NCBI GenBank assembly: GCA_964467155.1
Contig: CAYXNZ010000002.1
Coordinates: forward strand, 14,339 to 78,338
Source: an uncultured Gammaproteobacteria bacterium
GTDB lineage: Bacteria > Patescibacteriota > Patescibacteriia > Patescibacteriales > GWC2-42-12
Direction of reading: 5' to 3'
Length of the DNA: 64,000 bases
Part shown: piece by piece, positions 30,223 through 40,225 of the stretch
Layout of the letters: every line of letters begins with the position of its first letter
Numbering within the stretch: the first letter of the stretch is position 1
Position numbers and translations under genes: made by a program
Notes under the pieces: model-generated
Database searches by the model: none
Seen by the model: only the letters and a program-made list of their open reading frames with translations
What the model was told of the DNA's origin: nothing

Positions 30223-30771
30223 ATGAGTAAAATTACCGTAGAACAGATCGGCGAGCTGGTTGAGCAAAGCAAGGGTGAGAATCCTCGGGTAACCAGGGAG
30301 ATCCTGCAGGCTTTCCTGCGAAACCCCAACGCCTTTCTGCGGGCAAGCGTTTATTCAGCTACCGTTGATTACGGGAAAAGCGTTGAGGAAATGGTTGTCG
30401 CCGGCAACTACGACTGGAAAAACAAAGACATCAATTCCAAAAACTTTCCCGTATCAGGTGAGGGAACGGTCAACGTCAATTTCGAGTTGATCCACCTCAA
30501 CAAGGGAGTTAGCTCCGAGGATGCTTTGACCCACCTCGAAGAAAACGGGATGAGGCCACCGACAATTGAGGAATTACTGGTGTTCGGCTCCAGTTACCCC
30601 GAAATCCAGCGGGAATTTCCGGTTATTTGCCTCGGCTCGTCTTGGGTTAATCCCGGCGGCGACCGTTACGTGCCTTACCTCAACGGGAATGGTTCGGAGC
30701 GTGGCCTCGACCTCGGCTGGTTCGACGATGACTGGAATGGGTACTGTCGTTTTCTGGCCGTTCGCAAGTAG
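30223..30771 (+). CDS. DGR target (variable) protein; the C-terminal ~46 aa are encoded by the variable repeat
   Basis: AAAGGAGCGG SD. GC-rich coding sequence. The 3' 139 bp is near-identical to the TR, with mismatches only at TR adenines. C-terminus ...SSWVNPGGDRYVPYLNGNGSERGLDLGWFDDDWNGYCRFLAVRK resembles CLec-fold DGR variable regions. Confidence 0.85.
   Translation: MSKITVEQIGELVEQSKGENPRVTREILQAFLRNPNAFLRASVYSATVDYGKSVEEMVVAGNYDWKNKDINSKNFPVSGEGTVNVNFELIHLNKGVSSEDALTHLEENGMRPPTIEELLVFGSSYPEIQREFPVICLGSSWVNPGGDRYVPYLNGNGSERGLDLGWFDDDWNGYCRFLAVRK
30631..30769 (+). repeat. DGR variable repeat (VR)
   Basis: 139-bp alignment with the TR (31142-31280). 14 mismatches, all at TR adenines (A to G 11, A to T 2, A to C 1). 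Identity ends exactly at ...gttcgcaagt. Confidence 0.9.
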
Positions 30772-30786
30772 GATCTTGTCGCCTTG

Positions 30787-30818
30787 TGTCCTTGGAACTG
30801 GAACTTTGTCCCTTGGAC
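30787..30818 (+). promoter_or_regulatory. Hairpin 18 nt downstream of the VR (gtgtcc...ggacac); candidate DGR homing-enhancing stem-loop
   Basis: Inverted repeat gtgtcc / ggacac. Its position just 3' of the VR matches the cruciform element described for the Bordetella phage DGR. Confidence 0.4.
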
Positions 30819-31141
30819 ACTTGGCAACTTGTAACCTCACAACAAAAACCCCGCACGTTTTATGCTTAGAAAAGCAGACGACGAGCGGGGTTATTTATTT
30901 TGTGATATAATAAATTTGGAAAGTAAACGAATCAGCTCACGGCTACGGTTGCGGGCGGTTGAAATCTGGATACTGCAACAAGTGAGATTATCCAAGGTTA
31001 CGGCTTTGGGTAGAGTGCCGTTGCAATATTCCATAAAATAAAAATACTTGGTATAAGATATCAGTGGGATAATAGCCCCGAATAAAATACAGCCCCGAGA
31101 GTATTCAAAGGGCGGTGGCAAAGACGATATCTTATTATTTT

Positions 31142-31280
31142 AACGGCTCGTCTTGGGTTAATCCCGACGGCAACCGTAACGTGCCTTACCTCAACAGGAA
31201 TGGTTCGAAGCGTAACCTCAACCTCAACTGGTTCGACAATGACTGGAATGAGTACTGTCGTTTTCTGGCCGTTCGCAAGT
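31142..31280 (+). repeat. DGR template repeat (TR)
   Basis: Invariant, A-rich copy of the VR located between the target gene and the RT. Followed by the ctccc-atac-ggggag hairpin plus a T-run. Confidence 0.9.
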
Positions 31281-31284
31281 CTTT

Positions 31285-31605
31285 TCATTCTCTCCCATAC
31301 GGGGGAGTTTCTTTTTTATAAAGCTTCATCCAACCGCCTATCATTCTGCCGATCTCGGCAAGTGGGGCGGATATGGCTGTCAATTTGTTTGTATCAATCG
31401 CTTTTATTTCCCAAAGAAGCTTCAAGAAGAATTTGAGCATATCAAATCTTGCGTTAAGTTCTTTTATCGTGTCGGCCTTTTTGTCTTTCGGCTGATAGCT
31501 TGCCCGCAGAGCAATTGCCAGACAATCGGTAAATAGATTATCTATCTTTTTACCCAAAGTGAAGCGGGTAATTTTCGGCAGATGAATTAAAAAAGAATGC
31601 CACAT
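31285..31605 (-). CDS. avd: DGR accessory variability determinant (Avd-like four-helix-bundle protein), inverted relative to target/TR/RT
   Basis: LNARFDMLKFFLKLLWEIKAI and LAEIGRMIGGWMK align with bAvd (LAMLRFWLRFLAGI, IAEVGRILGSWI). The frame stays open upstream through a C10 tract with no canonical start, so the N-terminus is uncertain. Confidence 0.65.
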   Translation of the reverse strand: MWHSFLIHLPKITRFTLGKKIDNLFTDCLAIALRASYQPKDKKADTIKELNARFDMLKFFLKLLWEIKAIDTNKLTAISAPLAEIGRMIGGWMKLYKKETPPYGRE

Positions 31606-31655
31606 CTGATATGCCTCACTTAATTTGGCGATAATCGGAATATCGCAATTGCTGA

Positions 31656-31665
31656 GGGGGGGGGG
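31656..31665. repeat. G10/C10 homopolymeric tract between avd (minus) and the RT start
   Basis: gggggggggg read directly at the divergent avd/RT junction. It lies inside open frames on both strands. Confidence 0.9.
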
Positions 31666-31687
31666 TAGACTTATAAGCTTTTTGTGT

Positions 31688-32692
31688 ATGAAGATTAAAT
31701 TGATTCATAGTTATAATGATATTATTTGCGTTAATAATTTGTTTTCGGCTTGGAATGAATTTATTGTCGGTAAAAAATCTAAAAAAGATGTGCAGGAATA
31801 TTCCCGCAATCTTCTTGATAACATTATATCACTTCACGAAGATTTGGCTAATAAATCTTATCGGCACGGTGGGTATCACAGTTTTTACATCAATGACCCA
31901 AAACGCAGGCACATTCATAAAGCGAGCGTGCAAGACAGATTGCTTCATCACGCCGTTTACCGCCTGCTGTATCCGTTTTTTGAGAAAACGTTTATCCACG
32001 ATTCATATTCTTGCCGTTTGGAAAAAGGCGTGTATAAAGCGATTGAACGATTTGATGCCTATGCTGGCAAGACAAGCAAAAACGATACCAAGACGGCATG
32101 GATATTAAAGTGCGACATTAAAAAATTTTTCAATAGTATTGTCCATAAAACCTTACTGGAAATTTTAAACAAACACATTCCTGACAAAGATATAATATGG
32201 CTTTTGAATAACGTCATAGACAGTTATCATAATACAAACAAGAGAGGCGTCGGCTTGCCACTCGGTAATTTGACTTCCCAGCTGTTTGCTAATGTATATA
32301 TGAATGTTTTTGATCAGTGGGTTAAGCACAGATTAAAGATTAAGCGGTATATAAGATACGCAGATGATTTTGTATTTTTCAGCAGAGATAAGCGACAGCT
32401 CCATTCTTTGATTGAGCCAGTTGGAGAATTTTTGTTTCAAACATTAGGTTTAACACTTCATCCCAAAAAGATTATCAAAAAGTCATTGTCGTCCGGCATG
32501 GATTTTTTGGGTTGGGTGCATTTGACTCACTATAAAAAATTACGGAACAAGACAAAAGAGCGGATGTTTAGAAAAATAGCCGACGATCCTAGAGATGAAG
32601 TTTTCCAGTCATATCTGGGGCTTTTAAGCCACGGCAATACTTACAAAATTGAAAAAGAATTGCGTAACCTTTATTGGCTTTTAGGAGATTAA
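31688..32692 (+). CDS. DGR reverse transcriptase
   Basis: RT motifs in order. The DGR-specific motif-4 variant LPLGNLTSQLFAN (LGxxxSQ) and YADDFVFF are present. Start at ATG 31688 (MKIKLIHSYNDIICVNNLF...). The track start at 31625 would read through the G10 tract. Confidence 0.85.
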   Translation: MKIKLIHSYNDIICVNNLFSAWNEFIVGKKSKKDVQEYSRNLLDNIISLHEDLANKSYRHGGYHSFYINDPKRRHIHKASVQDRLLHHAVYRLLYPFFEKTFIHDSYSCRLEKGVYKAIERFDAYAGKTSKNDTKTAWILKCDIKKFFNSIVHKTLLEILNKHIPDKDIIWLLNNVIDSYHNTNKRGVGLPLGNLTSQLFANVYMNVFDQWVKHRLKIKRYIRYADDFVFFSRDKRQLHSLIEPVGEFLFQTLGLTLHPKKIIKKSLSSGMDFLGWVHLTHYKKLRNKTKERMFRKIADDPRDEVFQSYLGLLSHGNTYKIEKELRNLYWLLGD

Positions 32693-32840
32693 AGATAATT
32701 TTTGTTTTATTTACTCTGCCTTTACTTTTAGTGTTGAGTTTTATAAAAATAGTTAAATCATGTTAAAATAAGATATTTTTAGTATTATGAAATTAAAATT
32801 CAGAATTAATTTCAGTTCTAACATCGTCCACGGTCCCGTG

Positions 32841-32883
32841 CAATAAAATAAATACTGGTCATTAGACCAGTATTTATTTTATT
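32841..32883. repeat. 19-bp perfect AT-rich hairpin attached to a partial copy of the tRNA-Trp flank repeat
   Basis: aataaaataaatactggtc-atta-gaccagtatttattttatt, preceded by cccgtgcaa at 32834. Confidence 0.6.
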
Positions 32884-32885
32884 TA

Positions 32886-33035
32886 TACGGAAAGGAGTCG
32901 AACCGGTAGAAACGAGACAAATTCCGAGCCGAAATTCGGTCGGCGAGGAATGTAGTCGAGCGTCGACAAGCTTTTGGGGAAAGCTTGTCGCTACCGTGGG
33001 CAACGAAGTTTGAGCGGAAGCGAAAACGAGGCGGA
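32886..33035. other. GC-rich structured noncoding segment of unknown function between the partial repeat and the distal 20-bp repeat
   Basis: Several perfect hairpins (gacaagctt-ttggggaa-aagcttgtc; ccgaa-a-ttcgg; gtcgag-c-gtcgac). No ORF apart from the spurious minus-strand 32818..33054. Confidence 0.4.
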
Positions 33036-33060
33036 ATTCCCTCATCCCGTGCAAAATAAA

Positions 33061-33090
33061 AACTACAGAGTTAACTCTGTAGTTTTTATT
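33061..33090. terminator. Hairpin terminator downstream of gyrB (minus); usable from both directions
   Basis: aactacagagtt-aa-ctctgtagtt followed by TTTTATTTAT on the plus strand. Confidence 0.55.
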
Positions 33091-33107
33091 TATATCAAAA
33101 TGTATTT

Positions 33108-35144
<2,037 letters not shown>

Positions 35145-35333
35145 TTAAAAGTATAAAAATTTCTTTTAATATTAGCTATTTAAACATAAAAATATCCCTC
35201 TGAATTAGGGCTTATTTCTATACTATAATTTTAGCAAAAAAGATGTTTTTTGACAAGGGATAATTTTTACCTTTTGGCTATATGTGCTAAAATTACTAGT
35301 AATAACAATAAGATAATTTATTATTAAAAAAAT

Positions 35334-36290
35334 ATGGATAACCCTGCTAATTTAAAGCCAGAAGATGACAAAATTGAGATAGAAAAGCAAGTTGAAGATT
35401 ATAAAGATACTGAAGGCTTGTCAACAAAAAAATTAAATTTTGGCTTATGGTTTGTCGAAAATAAAAAATCGTTTAGGATTATTTTTTTAGTATTTTTGGC
35501 AATAATCTCGGCGATTAGTTGGTCTTATACTATTTTTGGTTTTGCTTATTATTTATCGCGAGGCATGGACGAAGACAAGCTATTGTTAAAATACATGACT
35601 GAATCTAGTAAAGTAAATCATGATATAACAGTGAAACAAGGGGCACAAAATTTGAATTATTATCCAGTTAAAATTTTTAAATTAAGTGATAATCGATATG
35701 ATTTTTTAGCTACAGTTGATAATCCGAATCAAGACTGGTGGGCAACTTTTGATTATTCTTTTAGAGTAGGTAATGAAAATACACCTAAATATAATGGTTT
35801 TATTTTTCCTGAAGAAAGTAAAAGTTTAATGGCTCTAGCTAGAGAGTCTTCTTATTCACCGTCAAAGGCAGAATTGATTATTGAGAATTTGGCGTGGTAT
35901 CGAATTGATAAACACACAATACCAGATTGGAAAATTTTTTATGAAAATCATTTAGATATTGTTACGAGTGAGGCGAGTTTTAAATTGGCTCAACAAAGTG
36001 GATTATCAGAAAAGATTCATTTGAATCAGTTAGACTTTACAGTTGAAAATAAAACCGCTTATAATTTTTGGCAGGCTGATCTTGATATATTATTGTATAG
36101 TGGTAATAAAGTCGTAGGCGTTAATCGCTATAGCTTAACTGATTTAATGTCTGGAGAAGAAAGACTAATACAAGCAAGTTGGTCAGGTCAGTTTGGCAGA
36201 ATCGATAAAATACAGATTGCTCCTAATATCAATATAATGGATGAAAATATTTACATTAAATATCAAGGCGGAATAGGTGAAGTAAAATAA
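35334..36290 (+). CDS. Hypothetical single-pass membrane protein (318 aa)
   Basis: ORF with one TM segment (IIFLVFLAIISAISWSYTIFGFAYYL). No motif recognised. Confidence 0.5.
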   Translation: MDNPANLKPEDDKIEIEKQVEDYKDTEGLSTKKLNFGLWFVENKKSFRIIFLVFLAIISAISWSYTIFGFAYYLSRGMDEDKLLLKYMTESSKVNHDITVKQGAQNLNYYPVKIFKLSDNRYDFLATVDNPNQDWWATFDYSFRVGNENTPKYNGFIFPEESKSLMALARESSYSPSKAELIIENLAWYRIDKHTIPDWKIFYENHLDIVTSEASFKLAQQSGLSEKIHLNQLDFTVENKTAYNFWQADLDILLYSGNKVVGVNRYSLTDLMSGEERLIQASWSGQFGRIDKIQIAPNINIMDENIYIKYQGGIGEVK

Positions 36291-36299
36291 TTTTTTTTA

Positions 36300-37406
36300 A
36301 TGTTCGGAAAGCTATCAATTTATTCTAAGCATTTTGACTGGGTATTATTTGCCTCTGTTTTATTATTGATTTGTGTTGGTTTGGCCGAAATTTATAGTAT
36401 TGCTTTAGGTCAGTCGGCGATTGATTTACTTAATTTTCAAAAACAATTAGGTTTTGTTTTTTTGGGAATTGTGCTGTTGTTTGCTTTTGCTTTTTTTGAT
36501 TATTATAATCTGCGTAGTTATAGTAATTATTTAGTATTAGCGGGTGTTTTAATGTTGGTGACAGTTTTAATCTTCGGTAATACAATTAGAGGCACTAAGG
36601 GTTGGTTTTCTTTTGCTGGCTTTGGTTTACAACCAGTAGAATTTATCAAGTTTATTTTAATTGTATTTTTGGCGCGTTATTTTTCTTCTGCTTCTTTAAA
36701 AATAAAGCCATTGAAGCATTTAATGATTAGCTTCGGTGGAGTATTAATATTTATAACCTTAGTATTAGCTCAACCTGACTTTGGTTCTGCTCTTATTCTA
36801 TTTGCGATTTGGTTTGCTATGATTATTTTGGCCGGTTTTAATAAAAAATATTTTATCATAATATTTTTAGTATTAGCTTTAATTATGTCTGGTTCGTGGT
36901 TTTGTCTTTTTAAAGATTATCAGAAGGAGAGAGTCATGACTTTTCTTAATCCTTCTTTTGAGCCGTTGAATCAAGGATATAATATTTCACAAGCAATAAT
37001 TGCAATTGGTGCAGGAGGTTTAACGGGTAGAGGATTAGGCTTTGGCTCACAGTCACAACTTAAATTTTTACCTGAAGCTCAAACGGATTTTATTTTTGCT
37101 GTTGTGGCGGAAGAATTAGGTTTTTTTGGCGCTGTTTTAGTATTATTATTTTTTTGTATATTTTTTTGGCGCTGTTTAAGTCATTTGCGAAAAATTAAGA
37201 ATGATTTTGCTGTTTTTTTCATTTTGGGAGCAGCCAGCTTGATTTTTATTGAAATGTTTATTAATATAGCTATGAACATGGGATTACTCCCTGTTATTGG
37301 CATATCATTGCCTTTTTTAAGTTATGGCGGTAGTGCAATGATATCTAATTTAATATTAGTTGGAGTAATTGAGAGTATTATTATTAGAAATAACATTAAT
37401 TATTAA
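36300..37406 (+). CDS. ftsW: SEDS-family peptidoglycan glycosyltransferase FtsW/RodA
   Basis: 368 aa, ~10 TM. Conserved SEDS segments (QPSEFIK-like FGLQPVEFIKFIL, PDFGSALIL, LPEAQTDFIFA, LPFLSYGGSAM). Confidence 0.85.
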   Translation: MFGKLSIYSKHFDWVLFASVLLLICVGLAEIYSIALGQSAIDLLNFQKQLGFVFLGIVLLFAFAFFDYYNLRSYSNYLVLAGVLMLVTVLIFGNTIRGTKGWFSFAGFGLQPVEFIKFILIVFLARYFSSASLKIKPLKHLMISFGGVLIFITLVLAQPDFGSALILFAIWFAMIILAGFNKKYFIIIFLVLALIMSGSWFCLFKDYQKERVMTFLNPSFEPLNQGYNISQAIIAIGAGGLTGRGLGFGSQSQLKFLPEAQTDFIFAVVAEELGFFGAVLVLLFFCIFFWRCLSHLRKIKNDFAVFFILGAASLIFIEMFINIAMNMGLLPVIGISLPFLSYGGSAMISNLILVGVIESIIIRNNINY

Positions 37407-37419
37407 ATTATTTATATTT

Positions 37420-38097
37420 ATGACGAAAGAAATTAAGCTAAATGCACAATTAAGAGTAGAAACAAATGGAAAAGCCAAAATTATAAGAGAAAAAGGTCTG
37501 GTGCCAGCAGTGGTATATGGATCAGGCACAGAAAATAGAAATGTAAAAATTAAAAAACTTGATTTTGAAAGAGTTTTTGCTGAAGCCGGAGAATCTAATT
37601 TGATTGATTTAGTTATTGATGATAAATCGTCAGTTAAGGTTATTGTTAAAGATTTTCAAAAAAGTCCAATCACAGATCAGATTATTCATGTTGATTTTTA
37701 TCAAGTTGATATGAGTAAAAAAATAGAAACTGCTATACCATTGAATTTTATTGGTGAGTCAAAGGCAGTTAAAGAATTAGGCGCTATATTAATGAAAAAT
37801 ATAGACGAGATAAATGCAAAATGTTTGCCAGGAGACTTGGTTAATAATATTGACGTAGATTTATCCGTTCTTAATACCTTAGAGGATGTTATTAGAATAA
37901 AGGATTTAAAAATATCAAAGGATGTTGAAATATTAAACGACACTGAGGATATGGTGGCAAGTGTAACAGAACAGAGAGCTGAAGAAGTTGAACCAGAAGT
38001 TAGTGAGGAAGAAGCTGGAAAAGAGACAACGGAAGGAACTGAGGAAAAAGAAAAATCTGAAGAAAGCGAAGCTCCAGCTAAAGAGAAAAAAGAATAA
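37420..38097 (+). CDS. rplY: 50S ribosomal protein L25 / general stress protein Ctc, with acidic C-terminal tail
   Basis: LNAQLRVETNGKAKIIREKGLVPAVVYG L25 signature. Start at ATG 37420, because the track start at 37369 overlaps the ftsW end. Confidence 0.8.
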   Translation: MTKEIKLNAQLRVETNGKAKIIREKGLVPAVVYGSGTENRNVKIKKLDFERVFAEAGESNLIDLVIDDKSSVKVIVKDFQKSPITDQIIHVDFYQVDMSKKIETAIPLNFIGESKAVKELGAILMKNIDEINAKCLPGDLVNNIDVDLSVLNTLEDVIRIKDLKISKDVEILNDTEDMVASVTEQRAEEVEPEVSEEEAGKETTEGTEEKEKSEESEAPAKEKKE

Positions 38098-38129
38098 TTA
38101 AAGCGATTAAATAATTCAAGGAGGAGGTA

Positions 38130-39230
38130 ATGGATAATACTCAAAATAATAAAGCAGGCAAAACCATTGAGAAACGGCTATGGATAGTTGCCTGTTTTAT
38201 TTTTGCTATTTTCTTTTTGTTTTTTTTAGGTTTAGCTTATTTGTCGGTACAGGATTATTATTCAGGTAAATTGTTTGGTTGGAGAAGTTTAAGTTTACTT
38301 AACGATAAAGACGATAGTCAATGCGATGATTGTATTCATCGAAAAATTGACGGCGTTTTAGTCTCACCAGATAAAGCTGAGATATATCCGGTAGCAGTTA
38401 TGATTGAAAATCATCCCGAAGCTCGTCCGTCAGTTGCTTTAGCTGAAGCGAATTTGGTTTACGAAGCAGAAGTGGAAGGCGGAATTACTAGATATATGGC
38501 TATTTATGCTGATGGACGTGATATAGAGGCTATGGGTCCAATCAGAAGCGTTAGACCCTACTTTATCGATTGGGCACGTGAATTATCAGCTATGACAGTC
38601 CATTGTGGTGGTAGTCCAGAAGCTTTAGCGACATTAGCACGTGGTGAAGTTTTGGATTTAAATGAATTCTATAATGGTGATTTTTTTTGGCGAGATAAAC
38701 GGATATTAGCACCACATAATATTTTTACTTCATCAAAAAATTTATATCAATACTTAGAAAATAAAGGAATTACTAGTAGCGTACTTTTGTCTTGGCAGTA
38801 TAAAGAAGATTTAGCGTTAGAAGAAAGACCACAGTCAGAAGAAATAAAGATTGGTTACAAAAAACCTGATTATGTAGTAAAATGGTTATATAACCCCGAG
38901 AATAATAAATATAGTCGTTATTTAGCTAATGAACAGCACAAAGATTTATCAGGTAAACCAATTACGGCTAAAAATATTATAATTGAATATGTTAAAGCAG
39001 AAGTAATTGATGATGAATTGAGATTAAAAATGAGTCATATTGGGTCGGGTGAGGCAATAATTTGTTTAGATGGGAATTGTAATAAAGGCAAATGGGAAAA
39101 GTTAACAAGTGCCACTCGAACTAGATTTTATAGCGAGCAGTCAGAGGAAATTAAATTTAATGCTGGTACAACTTGGATAGAAATAGTTCGACCAGAGAAA
39201 GAAATTTTAATAAATAGTGAAAGCTATTAA
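38130..39230 (+). CDS. DUF3048 (YerB-like) lipoprotein/membrane-anchored protein
   Basis: GGAGG SD. N-terminal TM. The conserved YerB-like block PVAVMIENHPEARPSVALAEANLVYEAEVEGGITRYMAIY...PIRSVRPYFIDWARE. Confidence 0.65.
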   Translation: MDNTQNNKAGKTIEKRLWIVACFIFAIFFLFFLGLAYLSVQDYYSGKLFGWRSLSLLNDKDDSQCDDCIHRKIDGVLVSPDKAEIYPVAVMIENHPEARPSVALAEANLVYEAEVEGGITRYMAIYADGRDIEAMGPIRSVRPYFIDWARELSAMTVHCGGSPEALATLARGEVLDLNEFYNGDFFWRDKRILAPHNIFTSSKNLYQYLENKGITSSVLLSWQYKEDLALEERPQSEEIKIGYKKPDYVVKWLYNPENNKYSRYLANEQHKDLSGKPITAKNIIIEYVKAEVIDDELRLKMSHIGSGEAIICLDGNCNKGKWEKLTSATRTRFYSEQSEEIKFNAGTTWIEIVRPEKEILINSESY

Positions 39231-39708
39231 TTTTAACAATATGAGAACTATAAAAAAAATAAAATCAGGTAGTAAACGAGGATTTACTCTGATTGAACTT
39301 TTAGTTGTAATATCGATAATCGGATTTTTAACAGTAGCATCTGTTGTTGCTTTTAATGTAGCTCGCATGTCTTCACGTGATGCTACTAGAGCGGCTAACA
39401 TTGCAACGATGAATAGGGCCTTGGCCATGTATTTAAATGAGTCTTTGGTAGGGTATCCGACTTCAACCGGAGAATGTTTGTCGGGAGATAGTAACGTGGG
39501 AGCAGAATTGAAAGCAGCTGAAATGATTATTCGTGTGCCGACTGATCCGTTGTGGGCTGCTGAAGAGCCAAGTCCGAGTATAGCTGATGATACGGATGGA
39601 TTTTGCTATTATTATATCTCTAGCGATAAAGACGTTTATCAGCTCAGTTATTATTTAGAAGCCAATTCCAAGTCGGGTGATGCTGGTGCTCATGCTTTTA
39701 TACCATAG
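39217..39708 (+). CDS. Type IV pilin / pseudopilin with class III signal peptide
   Basis: KRGFTLIELLVVISIIGFLTVASV is the prepilin peptidase cleavage and N-methylation motif (G|FTLIEL). Confidence 0.8.
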   Translation: MKAINFNNMRTIKKIKSGSKRGFTLIELLVVISIIGFLTVASVVAFNVARMSSRDATRAANIATMNRALAMYLNESLVGYPTSTGECLSGDSNVGAELKAAEMIIRVPTDPLWAAEEPSPSIADDTDGFCYYYISSDKDVYQLSYYLEANSKSGDAGAHAFIP

Positions 39709-39712
39709 TTTT

Positions 39713-40225
39713 ATGATGGATAATCAAGAAATAAATTTTAATTATTTTAAAGCGAGAAGAATTATTGTTATTATGGTCATCTTGTGTTTAACAATAATTT
39801 TTTTTGTTGGTTTTAGTACAATTAGATCAAAAGCCAGAGATATAAAAAGAAGAGCTGATATAAGAATAATGGTAAAAGCGCTAGATTTATATCATGATAA
39901 TCACGGATATTATCCATCTTCGATGGATGATTGGCAAGGTTGGGATTTAACTTATGAATATAAAGGTGGAGAATTTAGTTTTTTACCTGAGTTGAAAAAA
40001 GATAGCTTGATTGATAGGATGGTTAGCGATTCATTAAATAATGATATTTTCCATTATCGTTATCAAAAGTTTAATGTTGGAGATTATGGTTGCGATAAAG
40101 CATTTTACATTTTACAAATTACAAATTTTGAATTGCCAACAAAAAACACTGGTTATGGCCAGTGTCCAGAGTTAGATTGGGTAGAAACAGTGCCTAATGG
40201 TTATACTGTTCAAACGTTTGATTAA
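39713..40225 (+). CDS. Pseudopilin-like protein (GspG-like globular domain; atypical N-terminus)
   Basis: DIKRRADIRIMVKALDLYHDNHGYYP resembles the pseudopilin head (LKSALELYKLDNGRYP). N-terminal hydrophobic helix, but no canonical GFTLIE. The start could be ATG 39677 or 39713. Confidence 0.5.
   Translation: MMDNQEINFNYFKARRIIVIMVILCLTIIFFVGFSTIRSKARDIKRRADIRIMVKALDLYHDNHGYYPSSMDDWQGWDLTYEYKGGEFSFLPELKKDSLIDRMVSDSLNNDIFHYRYQKFNVGDYGCDKAFYILQITNFELPTKNTGYGQCPELDWVETVPNGYTVQTFD

Larger units (their letters stand above)
29921..33055. mobile_element. ~3.1 kb insertion at the 3' end of tRNA-Trp, bounded by a 20-bp direct repeat; carries the DGR cassette. No integrase is present.
   Basis: attccctcatcccgtgcaaa occurs at 29921-29940 (tRNA-Trp 3' end plus flank) and again at 33036-33055. 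A partial third copy (cccgtgcaataaaataa plus a 19-bp hairpin) lies at 32834-32883. The interior is GC-rich relative to the genome. Confidence 0.6.

Noticed and set aside
30566-31436. Track ORFs 30566..30910(+), 30574..30840(-), 30891..31121(-), 31061..31288(-), 31115..31321(+), 31200..31436(+)
   Set aside because: All lie within or across the GC-rich VR/TR copies, where stop codons are depleted. They overlap the real target gene or the TR in alternative frames, or cross non-coding spacer. Their products are low-complexity.
31716-32108. ORF 31716..32108(+) inside the DGR RT
   Set aside because: Alternative frame fully embedded in the RT gene. No motif or SD.
32818-33054. Minus-strand 78-aa ORF
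   Set aside because: Spans the repeat/hairpin region and the 20-bp direct repeat. No SD. The product is compositionally odd. The region is better explained as structured non-coding DNA.
37369-37419. Track start of rplY at 37369
   Set aside because: It overlaps the 3' end of ftsW by 38 nt in another frame. The L25 homology starts at MTKEIKLNA (ATG 37420).
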